DNA of 42,689 nt from Hyphomicrobiales bacterium. Lineage in GTDB: Bacteria > Pseudomonadota > Alphaproteobacteria > Rhizobiales > GCA-2746425. Shown piece by piece: positions 31,255 to 41,610 of this stretch. The notes beneath the pieces are model-generated. The model was not told the origin of the DNA. It searched no databases and worked only from the letters and a program-made list of their open reading frames with translations. The DNA is taken from assembly GCA_002746425.1 (NCBI GenBank), contig NVXB01000001.1:61604-104292 (forward strand). The letters are read 5' to 3'. The stretch's first letter is position 1. Each line of letters starts with the position of its first letter. The translations under genes and the position numbers were made by a program.

Positions 31255-32090
31255 TTATTTGCTAAATCCATTACTTTTTGAGTTGGATTTTTGATATATC
31301 CAATGGCATAACCATTATGTTGAACTGCTGCTAATTGTACTTTCTCTGATGGATTTTTAATATACTGAATATTATAACCATTATGTTGAACTGCTGCTAA
31401 TTGTGCTTTCTCACCCATTTTATCAAAGAACCAATTCATAACTTCATTTGTTTTTAAATCCTGATCTTGATCCTTTTCATCCATATAAGAATCAGTTTCC
31501 ATGTGGAATTGATATTTCTTACCACCCTTTATGATGATATAAAGAGGGCCTTGTTTATTATAGCCCTGAAATTCATTCTTTCCTTTAGTAGCTGCTGTGC
31601 ACCATTTAGTACCTTTGCCCCAGAAGCAGGAAGCTGCTTCTGTTTTTGGTATAAGGATTATGTCTTTACCAGAACGATAAACGAATGTGGTTTCTTTTTT
31701 GATTTTGTTACTTAAAATTGATTTTTCTTCTTTACCAGATAGTTTTCCTTCAAATGCTTCTACCATATCCTCCAATTCAGATAATGATTTTATTTGATTA
31801 ATATCTTTTTTAGACATTTTGGTTTTATGTTTATGGAAAACCTTAAGCGCTTCAGATGTACGACTAAAATCCTCGAAGAGATTAATGCCTTTATTGAGAT
31901 AAGTTCTTAGGATCCAAAGTGTGTACTGTTTGTTTGGTGTAGGATCAGAACTTATAGCTCCTTCTACCACTTTACGAGTATCAGATGCAGTTCTATCACT
32001 CTTAATGCGTGCTTCCAACTTAGAACCCATTTGTTTTAGGGTTTTTTCGATATCAACTCGTTCGATAAGGTAGTGTTTAAAATTAATCAT
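31251..32090 (-). CDS. accessory protein, paralog of 28955..29932 (same N-terminal domain plus two DUF4116-like repeats)
   Basis: The ATG immediately follows the gp14 stop (TAAATG). The first 35 or so residues are almost identical to the paralog, and 'CFWGKGTKWCTAATKGKNEFQ' is conserved. Confidence 0.7.
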   Translation of the reverse strand: MINFKHYLIERVDIEKTLKQMGSKLEARIKSDRTASDTRKVVEGAISSDPTPNKQYTLWILRTYLNKGINLFEDFSRTSEALKVFHKHKTKMSKKDINQIKSLSELEDMVEAFEGKLSGKEEKSILSNKIKKETTFVYRSGKDIILIPKTEAASCFWGKGTKWCTAATKGKNEFQGYNKQGPLYIIIKGGKKYQFHMETDSYMDEKDQDQDLKTNEVMNWFFDKMGEKAQLAAVQHNGYNIQYIKNPSEKVQLAAVQHNGYAIGYIKNPTQKVMDLANN

Positions 32091-32720
32091 TTAATATCCG
32101 TCTGTAAATGGGTTTGTTTCAGAAAAATCCATTATAGTATTAGCCTCACCCTCAAAATCAGAGCTTTGGTCATATGGATCGTTTGCAATATCATCAAACG
32201 CAGCATATTTTGTATCTAATTCAGTGATACCAGTATTAAAGGTATCACCGGTGCTTTCATACAATTCAAGAGTTATGTCGTAAGTTTGTAATGTACCTAA
32301 TTGATAAAATGGTAAAGCAGTTTCTATATAGCTTACTTCGTATAGCGCACTTATCATTGGCACCCATATTAAATCACCTTCAAGTGGTCTTGTATAGGAA
32401 ACTGTAGGAGTAACAAATTCTTCAAAAGATCTTTTGCTCACAGTGAGAGTTATTTGGTCTTTAATTTGTAGACCAAATTTCTCCATGAATAATCCCTGTC
32501 CCTCGAATGATGAAGCAGATTTAATATAAAATTCACAATCAATCGCTGAATTGAATTCAGAATATTCATATTCATTAAGAACTTCATCTTTATTGATACC
32601 TGTTCTAGGTATATATTGCATATCATGGGCATAAATCTTAATAGATTCAACAATTAAGTCTTCAATTAAAGTCTGCTCGTTATTAGCTGAAAAATGGTTA
32701 AAATAAGGATTTACGGCCAT
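32091..32720 (-). CDS. gp14: neck protein (T4 gp14-like)
   Basis: 'NPYFNHFSANNEQTLIEDLIVESIKIYAHDMQYIPR' (T4 '[36 protein letters not shown]'), 'FEGQGLFMEKFGLQIKDQITL' and 'EGDLIWVPM..ALYEV'. Confidence 0.85.
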   Translation of the reverse strand: MAVNPYFNHFSANNEQTLIEDLIVESIKIYAHDMQYIPRTGINKDEVLNEYEYSEFNSAIDCEFYIKSASSFEGQGLFMEKFGLQIKDQITLTVSKRSFEEFVTPTVSYTRPLEGDLIWVPMISALYEVSYIETALPFYQLGTLQTYDITLELYESTGDTFNTGITELDTKYAAFDDIANDPYDQSSDFEGEANTIMDFSETNPFTDGY

Positions 32721-33466
32721 TACATTATCAGATCCAGAGGTGGAAGCATATAATCAGATTTATATTCATCTTCAATTTGCTGAAGTTCAGCTACGCCATC
32801 ATCATATATCTGTCTACCACTTAATGTCATACCGCCCGGAAGTTGAACTCCTTCGTATTTAGAAAGATTAGAACCAAATACTTTTTTAACCAAAGCAACA
32901 ACATGTTTCTGCAATATTCTATCATTCCAGACATCTGTTTGTACTTCAGGATCAATGGCTGTATAACAATTAAATACTAGCCAATTGCCTACTGCTAATT
33001 TACCTGGGCTGCAATCTAAATGAACTTTATTAAAATGTCTATTATATCTAATAGGAAATTCGCCAACCAAAGTTTCTTGTATTTGTGCTATTTGCATTCT
33101 AGTAAGTTGATAATCAATAAGTGAAAATGAACTCATATCCTGGACCATAGAAAGCTGAAACTGGTAATCGAAGGAAAACATATTTGAAGAAAAAGCGCCG
33201 CCTCTTATAGGAAATATATTGCTAATTCCTACTACCGTATCCGGAACATCTACAGACATTGTAGATATTGTATTAGCATTAATTTCGTGCTTTAAAAATG
33301 TATTTACTGTGCCATCATAATGATAATCAACGAAATATGATAATGCAATTTCTACTGCATCTTCTACTTGCGAATCAGAAACATTTATCTCGATCACTGG
33401 TTTTCCCAGTTGTCTTAAAACAAATTCTTTAAATTCAGCTCTAGTGGCTGGTTTATATGTGCTCAT
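32720..33466 (-). CDS. gp13: neck protein (T4 gp13-like)
   Basis: 'ATRAEFKEFVLRQLGKPVIEINVSDSQVEDAVEIALSYFVDYHYDG' (T4 '[45 protein letters not shown]'). Confidence 0.85.
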   Translation of the reverse strand: MSTYKPATRAEFKEFVLRQLGKPVIEINVSDSQVEDAVEIALSYFVDYHYDGTVNTFLKHEINANTISTMSVDVPDTVVGISNIFPIRGGAFSSNMFSFDYQFQLSMVQDMSSFSLIDYQLTRMQIAQIQETLVGEFPIRYNRHFNKVHLDCSPGKLAVGNWLVFNCYTAIDPEVQTDVWNDRILQKHVVALVKKVFGSNLSKYEGVQLPGGMTLSGRQIYDDGVAELQQIEDEYKSDYMLPPLDLIM

Positions 33467-34296
33467 TAAAGTATTACCACTCTAGCTCCGGTTTCAATTG
33501 TCATCGTAACACTTGCTCCTAAAACAATTGGCCCTGTGGCCGATGCATTTTCATTATTAGCAAATGTAACATTTGCATTTAATTCGTTAGTATTTATTCT
33601 AAAGATATTGTTTACATTGTTAGCATCACCTATAGCTCCATCATTACCTTTATAGTAACCAGCACCACCCTGAACACTAAGAATATCCCAATAAGAGACT
33701 GTGCCATTAGAATATAGGACGGCACCATTAGCGCCGATACTACCATTTGCACTAAGAGAACCTGATATTGTAACATTGGCGACTGATATATTAGTGCCGG
33801 TTCTTAAATAAGTATTTGAATTAAATCCGCCTAATAAATCTGCATCTAAACCAGACCCGTTACCATCATTATTAGCAGTCCAAATAATATCACCATTGTA
33901 CGTGATGTTATTGCCAACATCTTTTAAATATGTTCCGCCAAATGATATGCTATTAACGGTTAAAATAGCTGATTGTGTTGTATTTGAATTAGCACTAAGA
34001 AATTCTGTGCTAGAACCAGTTAACACATCATCGCCATTTACTGTTAAAGAACCCGTGATTGCGGTATTTGTATTAATTGCTAAATTAGATGTGTTTCCAA
34101 ACACTCCACCGGATATGGTGTCAGTATAAATAGCATCTGAAGTGAAAGAACCGCTGATAGATGAATTTCCTATAGCAGTATTGCTATCAACAGTTAAAAT
34201 AGAAGTGTCTAAAGAAGTTAATAATTGATTAATTCTTTGAAATAATACTCCGAAATTGTCTGATGATACGTCAACATTTGAATAACTTATTGTCAT
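33466..34296 (-). CDS. tail-fibre-like structural protein
   Basis: Ser/Asn/Thr/Gly-rich beta-type sequence with the fibre-typical 'GSGLDADLLGG' motif. It sits in the slot T4 uses for gp12/wac. Confidence 0.55.
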   Translation of the reverse strand: MTISYSNVDVSSDNFGVLFQRINQLLTSLDTSILTVDSNTAIGNSSISGSFTSDAIYTDTISGGVFGNTSNLAINTNTAITGSLTVNGDDVLTGSSTEFLSANSNTTQSAILTVNSISFGGTYLKDVGNNITYNGDIIWTANNDGNGSGLDADLLGGFNSNTYLRTGTNISVANVTISGSLSANGSIGANGAVLYSNGTVSYWDILSVQGGAGYYKGNDGAIGDANNVNNIFRINTNELNANVTFANNENASATGPIVLGASVTMTIETGARVVIL

Positions 34297-34463
34297 TTAT
34301 TTAACTTTTCTTCTATTCTGCTTAATCTATCTTCTAATGTATTTATTCTATTTTTCAATTGAATAAATTTATTTTTAGATTCTTTATAGCGCTGTAATCC
34401 ACCATCATCAGTGGATAATACAGCACCTGTTTTTTCGTCTTTATGAACATACGCTTCTCTCAT
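34293..34463 (-). CDS. small coiled-coil protein (56 aa), not in the ORF track
   Basis: Hand translation gives MREAYVHKDEKTGAVLSTDDGGLQRYKESKNKFIQLKNRINTLEDRLSRIEEKLNK*. Its ATG overlaps the TAA of the giant ORF, and its TGA overlaps the next ATG. Confidence 0.5.
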   Translation of the reverse strand: MREAYVHKDEKTGAVLSTDDGGLQRYKESKNKFIQLKNRINTLEDRLSRIEEKLNK

Positions 34464-37400
34464 TATATTTGCAACGCTATGCCTCTTGCATCGTTTAACA
34501 TTGGTATTTTGGCTTTAGAATCTGATAGAAGAACTATTTTAATCATAAAGTTTTTAAAGCCTCTATAAACACCTCCATCGACATCGACATATTCTAAAAT
34601 GTTGTTGTTCAGAGCATTTTTGAATGCTGCACTAGTAGCTGGGGCTGTTGCAGGAACGCCATATTCATATTCTTTAAAGTCGTTTCTATTATTAGTCGTG
34701 GAATATGTATTCTCACCACTAATTTTTTCCATTTTAGTCCAAACTTTCTCATCGATAGTTGTATAATCTTCGTTATTAAGGAATTTAATGTAAACCTCCA
34801 CATCAGTACCAACTGGTCTATAGGCTGCCACATATGCAATGAAATCCTCAGCATCTTGATTATCTTTAAGTACTATTTCTCTAGAAATATATTTAGTGAT
34901 AGCAGCGCCATATCTAGTATCTTCATCGGTGTTATCATTATTAATCATGTTTTCAATAACGATAGAGCTTTTTCTTAACATATCAATAACAGGTGATACG
35001 AAATCATTAGTGCTTGTTAGAGCGATATTGTATGTTGACGATTTATTGCCAGACATAGCAGTAATTTCATTAGATTTACTAACAATATTTCTCATTTTAT
35101 CGAATTTTTCATTCTCAGTTTCAGGTGTAACTAGAGTGAAACCGCTATCAACAGCGTAGGAAGTATCAGTGCCTTTATGGCTATATGACAACGAAGTGAA
35201 ATTAGGTGCTATAGATGCAAATCTAGGAACTATAGCTGAATATTGCTTATTATCTATGCTTTCAATTGTTGCCGTAGCAATTAGAGTATTTGTACTAATA
35301 GAAGATTCGCCATTCATAAATTCTCTATGAATTTCTATGTCGGTATTTGCAGTAAAACCACCAGATGAACTATCCATTATGATTTCATTTAGAGCTTCAT
35401 CTGATCTTTGCACGTAAGCTACAGGATCTGAGTTTGCAGTTAAAGGAGAAGTTGAATTTGCTGTGTAAATAACGTCACCTACACTTGGCGCAATTGAACT
35501 ATTAGCTTTATTGATACCGTCTATAGTGACATATTCATCAGCCTCATTTTCAAACACCGCAGTACCAGTTCCTGTAGTGAATTTAGCTCTATAGAGATTA
35601 AATTTAATATCCTCATCCTGTATAGCTGTCCACGTATTTCTGTTAGCTGACACGAAAGTAACACCAATATAAGGATTAGAAAATACTTGCTCTTCAGTTG
35701 CTACATCAATTTCACCTAATCCAGCAAGCCAAATAGTATATTCTGGAGAATCGCCATCAGGTTTGACTTGAAAACAATAATAAAGATCTTTATTGAGAGC
35801 AAAGACATCATCAAAATCTATTACTGTTTCCACTGTGCCGTCTGAGGATATGTTAACATCCACTGATTCTATTCTTTTCTTAGCGATAGTTTTAGCAGTA
35901 TTAGGATAACCATATGCCATTTCTGTTATATAAATAGTAACACCTAAAACATTATCCTTCGTTTTAAAATATAATCCGAGTTTATCTACAAACATTACAG
36001 ATGATTCTGGTGTAGTGACTAAGAATGATTGAGATATTGGATCACCGTCGTCAGATGGTCCGTTGCCTCTATTGAAGTCGTCACCAAAATTATTTCTTGG
36101 CGGAGCAATAGTAGTTCTGTTTACATTTATAGACGTAATTTCTCTAGTGTCTGGCGAACTAATAGCAGAAATCGATGGATCTCTAGTATTAAGAGTTATT
36201 TCCTGAGATGTTATGGCTAAATTAGATGCAGTATAAATTGTCTTTGCACCTGATAGAGAAGCATCTGAAGATGTTTCCAAATCATCAATATCACTTATAA
36301 TAAATTCTCTATCACCGACTCTAAATTCACTAGCAGGAATTTTAAATATTCCATAAACTGTTCCTACAGAATCAGCCGTTAAATCTGCTCCAAAATCTGC
36401 AGTTCGACTAATAATTTTATTTTCTTGACCTTGTAGAACATCCACAACGCCACTTAAAATACCTGGTGCACAATTAGCATCCATATTTTGTCTATCAAAG
36501 AATATGTGCATAAGTGTATTTGGTTTTAAACCATGTGCCACGAAAGCAATTTCTCTAGATCTCATATATGGATTAATAGAAATATCTTTAACGAATGATC
36601 CAAAATTATATTCTGATGTAGAAACATCTACATTTAGTTGTAAGCTATCTCTAGCGCTACTGGTTGTTGTAGTAGTCGTTGTTGTAGTTGTTCTGCCTGA
36701 AGTTGTTCTTTCTCTATTTGTATCTCTAGAAACTGTACGCCACTCACCAAATTGAGTCCCGAAAGGTGTTGCAGCAAATTCTTCGAAAGGTGTTGCTAAA
36801 TCAATTTCAACATTGACTGCAGGAAGATTATCTTCATCTTTAAAATGATCGTATTCAGGATAAAGGGTAACATCACCTTTCCATTTCCATACGCTTTCAG
36901 TACAATTTCTTACTTTAGTAGCATATGGTTGTGAAATATAGAGTTCAGAAGTAAATGGTAATGTTACCTTAGAACCAGATACTTGTATAGATGATGAAGT
37001 ATTGCTATTTAATTGATAATCAATAGAATGTTTCTTAAAGAACGGTCTTGCGACTTTAGTATCTTTATCGATAGCAATTTTATACTCAAAATCGTTAATT
37101 CTACCAAGATTGTGGGATACAAATGGTTCAGCAAAAAACCCATTCTTGAATCTATCTAAACCATTTTCATCTGGGATAATCAAATCTTTAGTTTGTTGCT
37201 CTAAGAGATTAAGCACACTGTAATATTCAACTCTACTCAATCTTTTATCCAACACTCCAATATCAGACATAGTATAACCACGATTATATCTTAAATTTAT
37301 GCGTGTTTTTAAATCAATTCTATTATAGATTTCGCCTTCACGAGTGGTTAAAGATGGGTACCCGGGCACTGTAATACTTGCTATTAGCATGCCATCAGAA

Positions 37401-40177
37401 GGTGATATAGGTGTTTTAGTTTCAATATTTGGTTCGCCCTTAGTAACAACCAAATCGCCATCTTTAGTGATAGATAATAAATCAATTCTTGGGAGGTAAT
37501 ATTCAATATCTGCTTGAAAATTACTATCTGGATCAGGTATATAAGATCCAGATGAAACACTTATGAAACTTGTATTGGCTATTACTGGATTTTCTGTAGC
37601 ATTTCCTTCAGTAGTTGAAGAATTTGCTGTATTAAACCTCTGAGGTCTAAAGTCGACAAGACCTCTAGCATCTCTGCCATTAATGAGTGGGATGTCACCA
37701 ATATTAATATTAGTGCTATTTGCTGTGTCACCCTCATCTTGAATGGGATATGAATCAACGGAGAAGAAACCAGCACCAGCGGTAGTATTAGCCTCAAAGT
37801 GATTTAACTTAATTAAAAGTTTCGAAGACGCTGTTAAATTATCTGCATATGCTGGATTTACTACTAATTTACCATGGTCATACAGAGAATCTCTATGTCC
37901 ATTATCAAGATAAAACCAATTAGTTCTGTCGGGATTACTTTCCGAATATGTGGCACCCACATAAACGGAATCAATTTTAGTAATATCAATTAAACCAAGA
38001 TTAAATGGACCAGCAACTCCTGCAGTAGCGCAATCAATTTTAACAAATATATCTTTTTTGATTTCTTTCGAAACACCAACTGCTGTTGTTCTTAAGACTG
38101 GGAAGTTGCCGTATACAGTTTGTGACCCTGAATCAAGAGACATATTCGTTGACACGGAAAATTGTGTATTTGATAAAACTTGTATAGAACCATTAGTAGA
38201 TTCTGTGTTAATGATATGACCCTCTGGCCAGAATTGTTGCATTGTAACGCCTGCGACTGTCACATCGGCGTTGATACTCATGCTAGTTGAGTTAGCAATA
38301 GCGGTAATTCTTCGAACATCAGCAGAAGCAGGTAATCTAATAAAATCATTTTCAGCAAAATCAGTATCAAATGCTGTACCAGAACCAGTAATCGTATTAC
38401 CAGACGCAGTAACAGTACCAGCAACATTTGCGCTATATGCTTCAGTTGAAAGTGCAACATCATAATTTAATTCACCTACATCAGAAAGAGTTCCAATAGA
38501 AGAATTTAATCTTTCACTACCGCCAGCATATGGAGAATTAAGAGTAAACGTTACAAATCCATTTGATTGCAGAGTTGCAGATGCTGTATCTCTAAATACA
38601 AATTGAGTATCATTAACGCCATTTATATCTGTTAATCTTTTAATTGATGAGACACCTAAATCGAAAACTAGGTTGTTATTTTTAGAATCTTTAATAAGAG
38701 CTTTACTATCTTCTAAAACAATATCGCCTTTGGCTTTACCGTACGCTGAATCTATATAGAAACTTTTAGCATTAGCAGAAAACGAATTACCAGAATCCAT
38801 CTTCACGTTAAAAATATACATTCTATATTGGCAATCACCAGTACCTTTAGTACCATTATTATAAGCAAATGATCTAATATTTGCGGTGCCGATTGCGCTG
38901 CCAGAAGGCGCAGAACCTGCACCATCAACTTCAGATACTGCATTTTGAGCAGTGTCATAAATGTCAACTTCTGCAATATTATCAATATCAAAATTGCCTA
39001 ATACTTCTTCAATGATGACATAGTTACCAAAATTAGCTGTAACAATCTGTGCTTGCGCTTCATCTGTCGTTACAGCTCTTTCTACTTCAATTTTTTTAGA
39101 ACCAATTAATTCAACACGAGCGCCATCTACATAAGCAATACCAGGTGAAGTTTCGTAATACATAAGAGAAGTATTTGAATTAACTAAAGTTTCTACTGCG
39201 AATGGTTTTATTGTATAATTACCTGATTCTTCTTTGGTTCTGCGATTAATTTCATCGCCCAGAAGATTATATGCGGGATCAGTGTGTTCTTCAACTGGTT
39301 CACTGTTATTAAATTCTGCTATAGGGAAGAATGAAATAGCAGAATTTATTGTAGTTTTATCAACGGCATACAATACTGGTGTAAGTTTTAATCTATCAGC
39401 TCCAGGCGCTGCAAAATTTGGCTCACCTAAAGCGTTATCATGTAATGAACCATCTTCTAAATTGTTAATTAAAAATTCATCTGTTTTAAAACCAATAGCA
39501 TAATTTGTAGTGTTAGTGTCATAATTTTTAACTAGAATTTTTTGTTTATCAACTTTAGAAAAATATCCTTTTTGATATACAATGCCATCAGATGATGAAA
39601 CAGAATAAGCAATGCCAGTGGAGTTTGCAGTACCATTTGCAGTCAACATGTCGATCGTGTCAAATATATTGTTTGAATCCAGAGCACTTAATTTTTCTTG
39701 GTTTTCGTTGTAAACTGTAATAGTTTCGCCGGATGTGAATGTACTCACATCATTATTGGAACCATCTTTACCAGTCGTAACATAATTAAGATAAATTCTA
39801 TTTGTTGCTGGGTACTGAGATATAAAACCAGAATAAATTAATTCAGGAACAGCTCTAACACCTGTGTTTGATACAAGCACATAATCTGTATTAATAGCAG
39901 AAAGTGTTATAGAAGTATTAGTGCCAAATTGATTGACAAGATGAATATAATTTTGTTGAGGGTTATATGAGAGTGCAACGCCGTCAACGACAGATCCTTC
40001 TTTAAAAATATGAGAAGAAAATCTAGATATTTGATTTTGTAGTATAGTTTGTAATTGATTTAACTCACGTGTTTGTACACCAAGAGCAGGTTTAAAGAGT
40101 ATTTTAACGTACTGGTCATCATCATCATACGTATCAAAATATGGTGATGAAGTTAAATCTGTAATTATTTTTGTCAT
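34463..40177 (-). CDS. giant virion structural protein (1904 aa), baseplate or fibre associated
   Basis: Uninterrupted 5.7-kb ORF, translationally coupled to the gp8-like gene (ATGA). It is Ser/Thr/Asn-rich with an internal poly-Thr tract (RTTTTTTTTTTSS). It occupies the gp9-gp12 slot. Confidence 0.7.
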   Translation of the reverse strand: MTKIITDLTSSPYFDTYDDDDQYVKILFKPALGVQTRELNQLQTILQNQISRFSSHIFKEGSVVDGVALSYNPQQNYIHLVNQFGTNTSITLSAINTDYVLVSNTGVRAVPELIYSGFISQYPATNRIYLNYVTTGKDGSNNDVSTFTSGETITVYNENQEKLSALDSNNIFDTIDMLTANGTANSTGIAYSVSSSDGIVYQKGYFSKVDKQKILVKNYDTNTTNYAIGFKTDEFLINNLEDGSLHDNALGEPNFAAPGADRLKLTPVLYAVDKTTINSAISFFPIAEFNNSEPVEEHTDPAYNLLGDEINRRTKEESGNYTIKPFAVETLVNSNTSLMYYETSPGIAYVDGARVELIGSKKIEVERAVTTDEAQAQIVTANFGNYVIIEEVLGNFDIDNIAEVDIYDTAQNAVSEVDGAGSAPSGSAIGTANIRSFAYNNGTKGTGDCQYRMYIFNVKMDSGNSFSANAKSFYIDSAYGKAKGDIVLEDSKALIKDSKNNNLVFDLGVSSIKRLTDINGVNDTQFVFRDTASATLQSNGFVTFTLNSPYAGGSERLNSSIGTLSDVGELNYDVALSTEAYSANVAGTVTASGNTITGSGTAFDTDFAENDFIRLPASADVRRITAIANSTSMSINADVTVAGVTMQQFWPEGHIINTESTNGSIQVLSNTQFSVSTNMSLDSGSQTVYGNFPVLRTTAVGVSKEIKKDIFVKIDCATAGVAGPFNLGLIDITKIDSVYVGATYSESNPDRTNWFYLDNGHRDSLYDHGKLVVNPAYADNLTASSKLLIKLNHFEANTTAGAGFFSVDSYPIQDEGDTANSTNINIGDIPLINGRDARGLVDFRPQRFNTANSSTTEGNATENPVIANTSFISVSSGSYIPDPDSNFQADIEYYLPRIDLLSITKDGDLVVTKGEPNIETKTPISPSDGMLIASITVPGYPSLTTREGEIYNRIDLKTRINLRYNRGYTMSDIGVLDKRLSRVEYYSVLNLLEQQTKDLIIPDENGLDRFKNGFFAEPFVSHNLGRINDFEYKIAIDKDTKVARPFFKKHSIDYQLNSNTSSSIQVSGSKVTLPFTSELYISQPYATKVRNCTESVWKWKGDVTLYPEYDHFKDEDNLPAVNVEIDLATPFEEFAATPFGTQFGEWRTVSRDTNRERTTSGRTTTTTTTTTTSSARDSLQLNVDVSTSEYNFGSFVKDISINPYMRSREIAFVAHGLKPNTLMHIFFDRQNMDANCAPGILSGVVDVLQGQENKIISRTADFGADLTADSVGTVYGIFKIPASEFRVGDREFIISDIDDLETSSDASLSGAKTIYTASNLAITSQEITLNTRDPSISAISSPDTREITSINVNRTTIAPPRNNFGDDFNRGNGPSDDGDPISQSFLVTTPESSVMFVDKLGLYFKTKDNVLGVTIYITEMAYGYPNTAKTIAKKRIESVDVNISSDGTVETVIDFDDVFALNKDLYYCFQVKPDGDSPEYTIWLAGLGEIDVATEEQVFSNPYIGVTFVSANRNTWTAIQDEDIKFNLYRAKFTTGTGTAVFENEADEYVTIDGINKANSSIAPSVGDVIYTANSTSPLTANSDPVAYVQRSDEALNEIIMDSSSGGFTANTDIEIHREFMNGESSISTNTLIATATIESIDNKQYSAIVPRFASIAPNFTSLSYSHKGTDTSYAVDSGFTLVTPETENEKFDKMRNIVSKSNEITAMSGNKSSTYNIALTSTNDFVSPVIDMLRKSSIVIENMINNDNTDEDTRYGAAITKYISREIVLKDNQDAEDFIAYVAAYRPVGTDVEVYIKFLNNEDYTTIDEKVWTKMEKISGENTYSTTNNRNDFKEYEYGVPATAPATSAAFKNALNNNILEYVDVDGGVYRGFKNFMIKIVLLSDSKAKIPMLNDARGIALQI

Positions 40178-41610
40178 GTATTACTTTCTAAATTCAGTAT
40201 AAATTTAATATCTTCAGAAACATTTTGATCGTGTTCTACGCCATTAGTGTGAGTACTATAGTAGAGAATACTGCCAGATAATGTTTCTGCGTCCTTATTT
40301 TTAATAATATTTATAGTACCAGTAACAGAATTTGCATCAGAAATTACCTCTCCGTTAGCAAAATCACCAATAACATCATTTATTTTAACGTGTGTAGAGT
40401 TGGAATAATAAATCATTCCAGATGCATTAGCACCAGTCACTAAACTACCCACAGCCATTGTTGTAGTAATATCAGCTGAGATACCATATGAAATAGTATT
40501 TTGCCCAGGTGAATTGGTATTAGGATTATTTAGTAAAGATGATCTATAAAATGTAAAACTATTATTAGGGAGTGTTTGATGTTCATTCAAAAGAAAATTA
40601 GATGAAATCATTAATTTTTTAGCGTTTAATTCACTTATTGCATCACTCCCATGGCCAAGTTCGGGCGATAGTAAAAATGTAACTTCTACATCTCCACCTG
40701 TGCCGTTTGTGGTAAGTGACAATTCAGGTTTAATATAATCACTTCCAGGATCAATAACGATGATTTGTGATAGTTCTTCATTCTCACCAATAACTGAGTA
40801 TCCTTCAAATCCTGTGCCTCTTCTATCACTTATTTCAACTTTTGGTGATATAATATATTCTGAATCAACATTAAGAGAAACGCCCGATGAAAACGTGATA
40901 TATTTACCTGTCGAATTGGCGTATGAAGTTGATACATTTGTTAATGTTCCTACACCCGTGCCATTATTAATGTAAACATTAAAATTCTGATAGGCATTTG
41001 TAATAGATGACGCAGTGTCTTCAATTTTGTAAACTTGTGTTGATAATTTTTGTTGAACAGTGCCAGTATTATAAAGACTAAAATTAGTGTTGCCCTCATC
41101 GATAGTAACGAAATCAATCGTTCCTGAAACTGAATTACCAACAATGTCATTATCTTCTATAATAGGAATAAAATCTGTAGTCGAAAATTTATTAAATTCA
41201 GCTTCTGTTAAAGTGAACATATATTTCCAAATGTAGCCATCAGATTCTTCTATTAGCGAATTTCCTCTAGTAATCGGTTCTATAGTAGAAGGTGTACTTG
41301 CAGAATTATATATGCATTTATACACATCTCTATTTTGGTTAATAACATGAAAGTTGTTATTAGAAATATTATCATATCTATCATATGTTGTATTAGCAAC
41401 CCAACTATTTTTAGAAATCAAGGCCGCAGTGTCTGTTGTTAATATTTTTTTAGCAAAAATGAGATTTCTTTTAGTGTTTCGGTAAGCAGTGTCATCAAAT
41501 GTAATATCAGTTGGGAGAGTAACATCTCCCAGCCCAACATACATATTTTCGGCTAAAATATCAGTATTGATATTATTAAAAGTGTATTTAATATAAGAAA
41601 TGCTATCCAT
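40174..41610 (-). CDS. gp8: baseplate wedge protein (T4 gp8-like)
   Basis: 'VYKCIYNSAS...ESDGYIWKYMFTL' (T4 gp8 'VYRCLD...GDGYVWEYLFEI'). The C-terminal 'GSILYYSTH...EDIKFILNL' resembles T4 'GEMIYMENR...EEINILFTF'. Confidence 0.65.
   Translation of the reverse strand: MDSISYIKYTFNNINTDILAENMYVGLGDVTLPTDITFDDTAYRNTKRNLIFAKKILTTDTAALISKNSWVANTTYDRYDNISNNNFHVINQNRDVYKCIYNSASTPSTIEPITRGNSLIEESDGYIWKYMFTLTEAEFNKFSTTDFIPIIEDNDIVGNSVSGTIDFVTIDEGNTNFSLYNTGTVQQKLSTQVYKIEDTASSITNAYQNFNVYINNGTGVGTLTNVSTSYANSTGKYITFSSGVSLNVDSEYIISPKVEISDRRGTGFEGYSVIGENEELSQIIVIDPGSDYIKPELSLTTNGTGGDVEVTFLLSPELGHGSDAISELNAKKLMISSNFLLNEHQTLPNNSFTFYRSSLLNNPNTNSPGQNTISYGISADITTTMAVGSLVTGANASGMIYYSNSTHVKINDVIGDFANGEVISDANSVTGTINIIKNKDAETLSGSILYYSTHTNGVEHDQNVSEDIKFILNLESNT

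Noticed and set aside
36650-36700. Short ACN/GTN-rich repetitive DNA that looked like a microsatellite
   Set aside because: It is in frame within the giant ORF and simply encodes the poly-Thr linker. It is not a CRISPR or other non-coding repeat.
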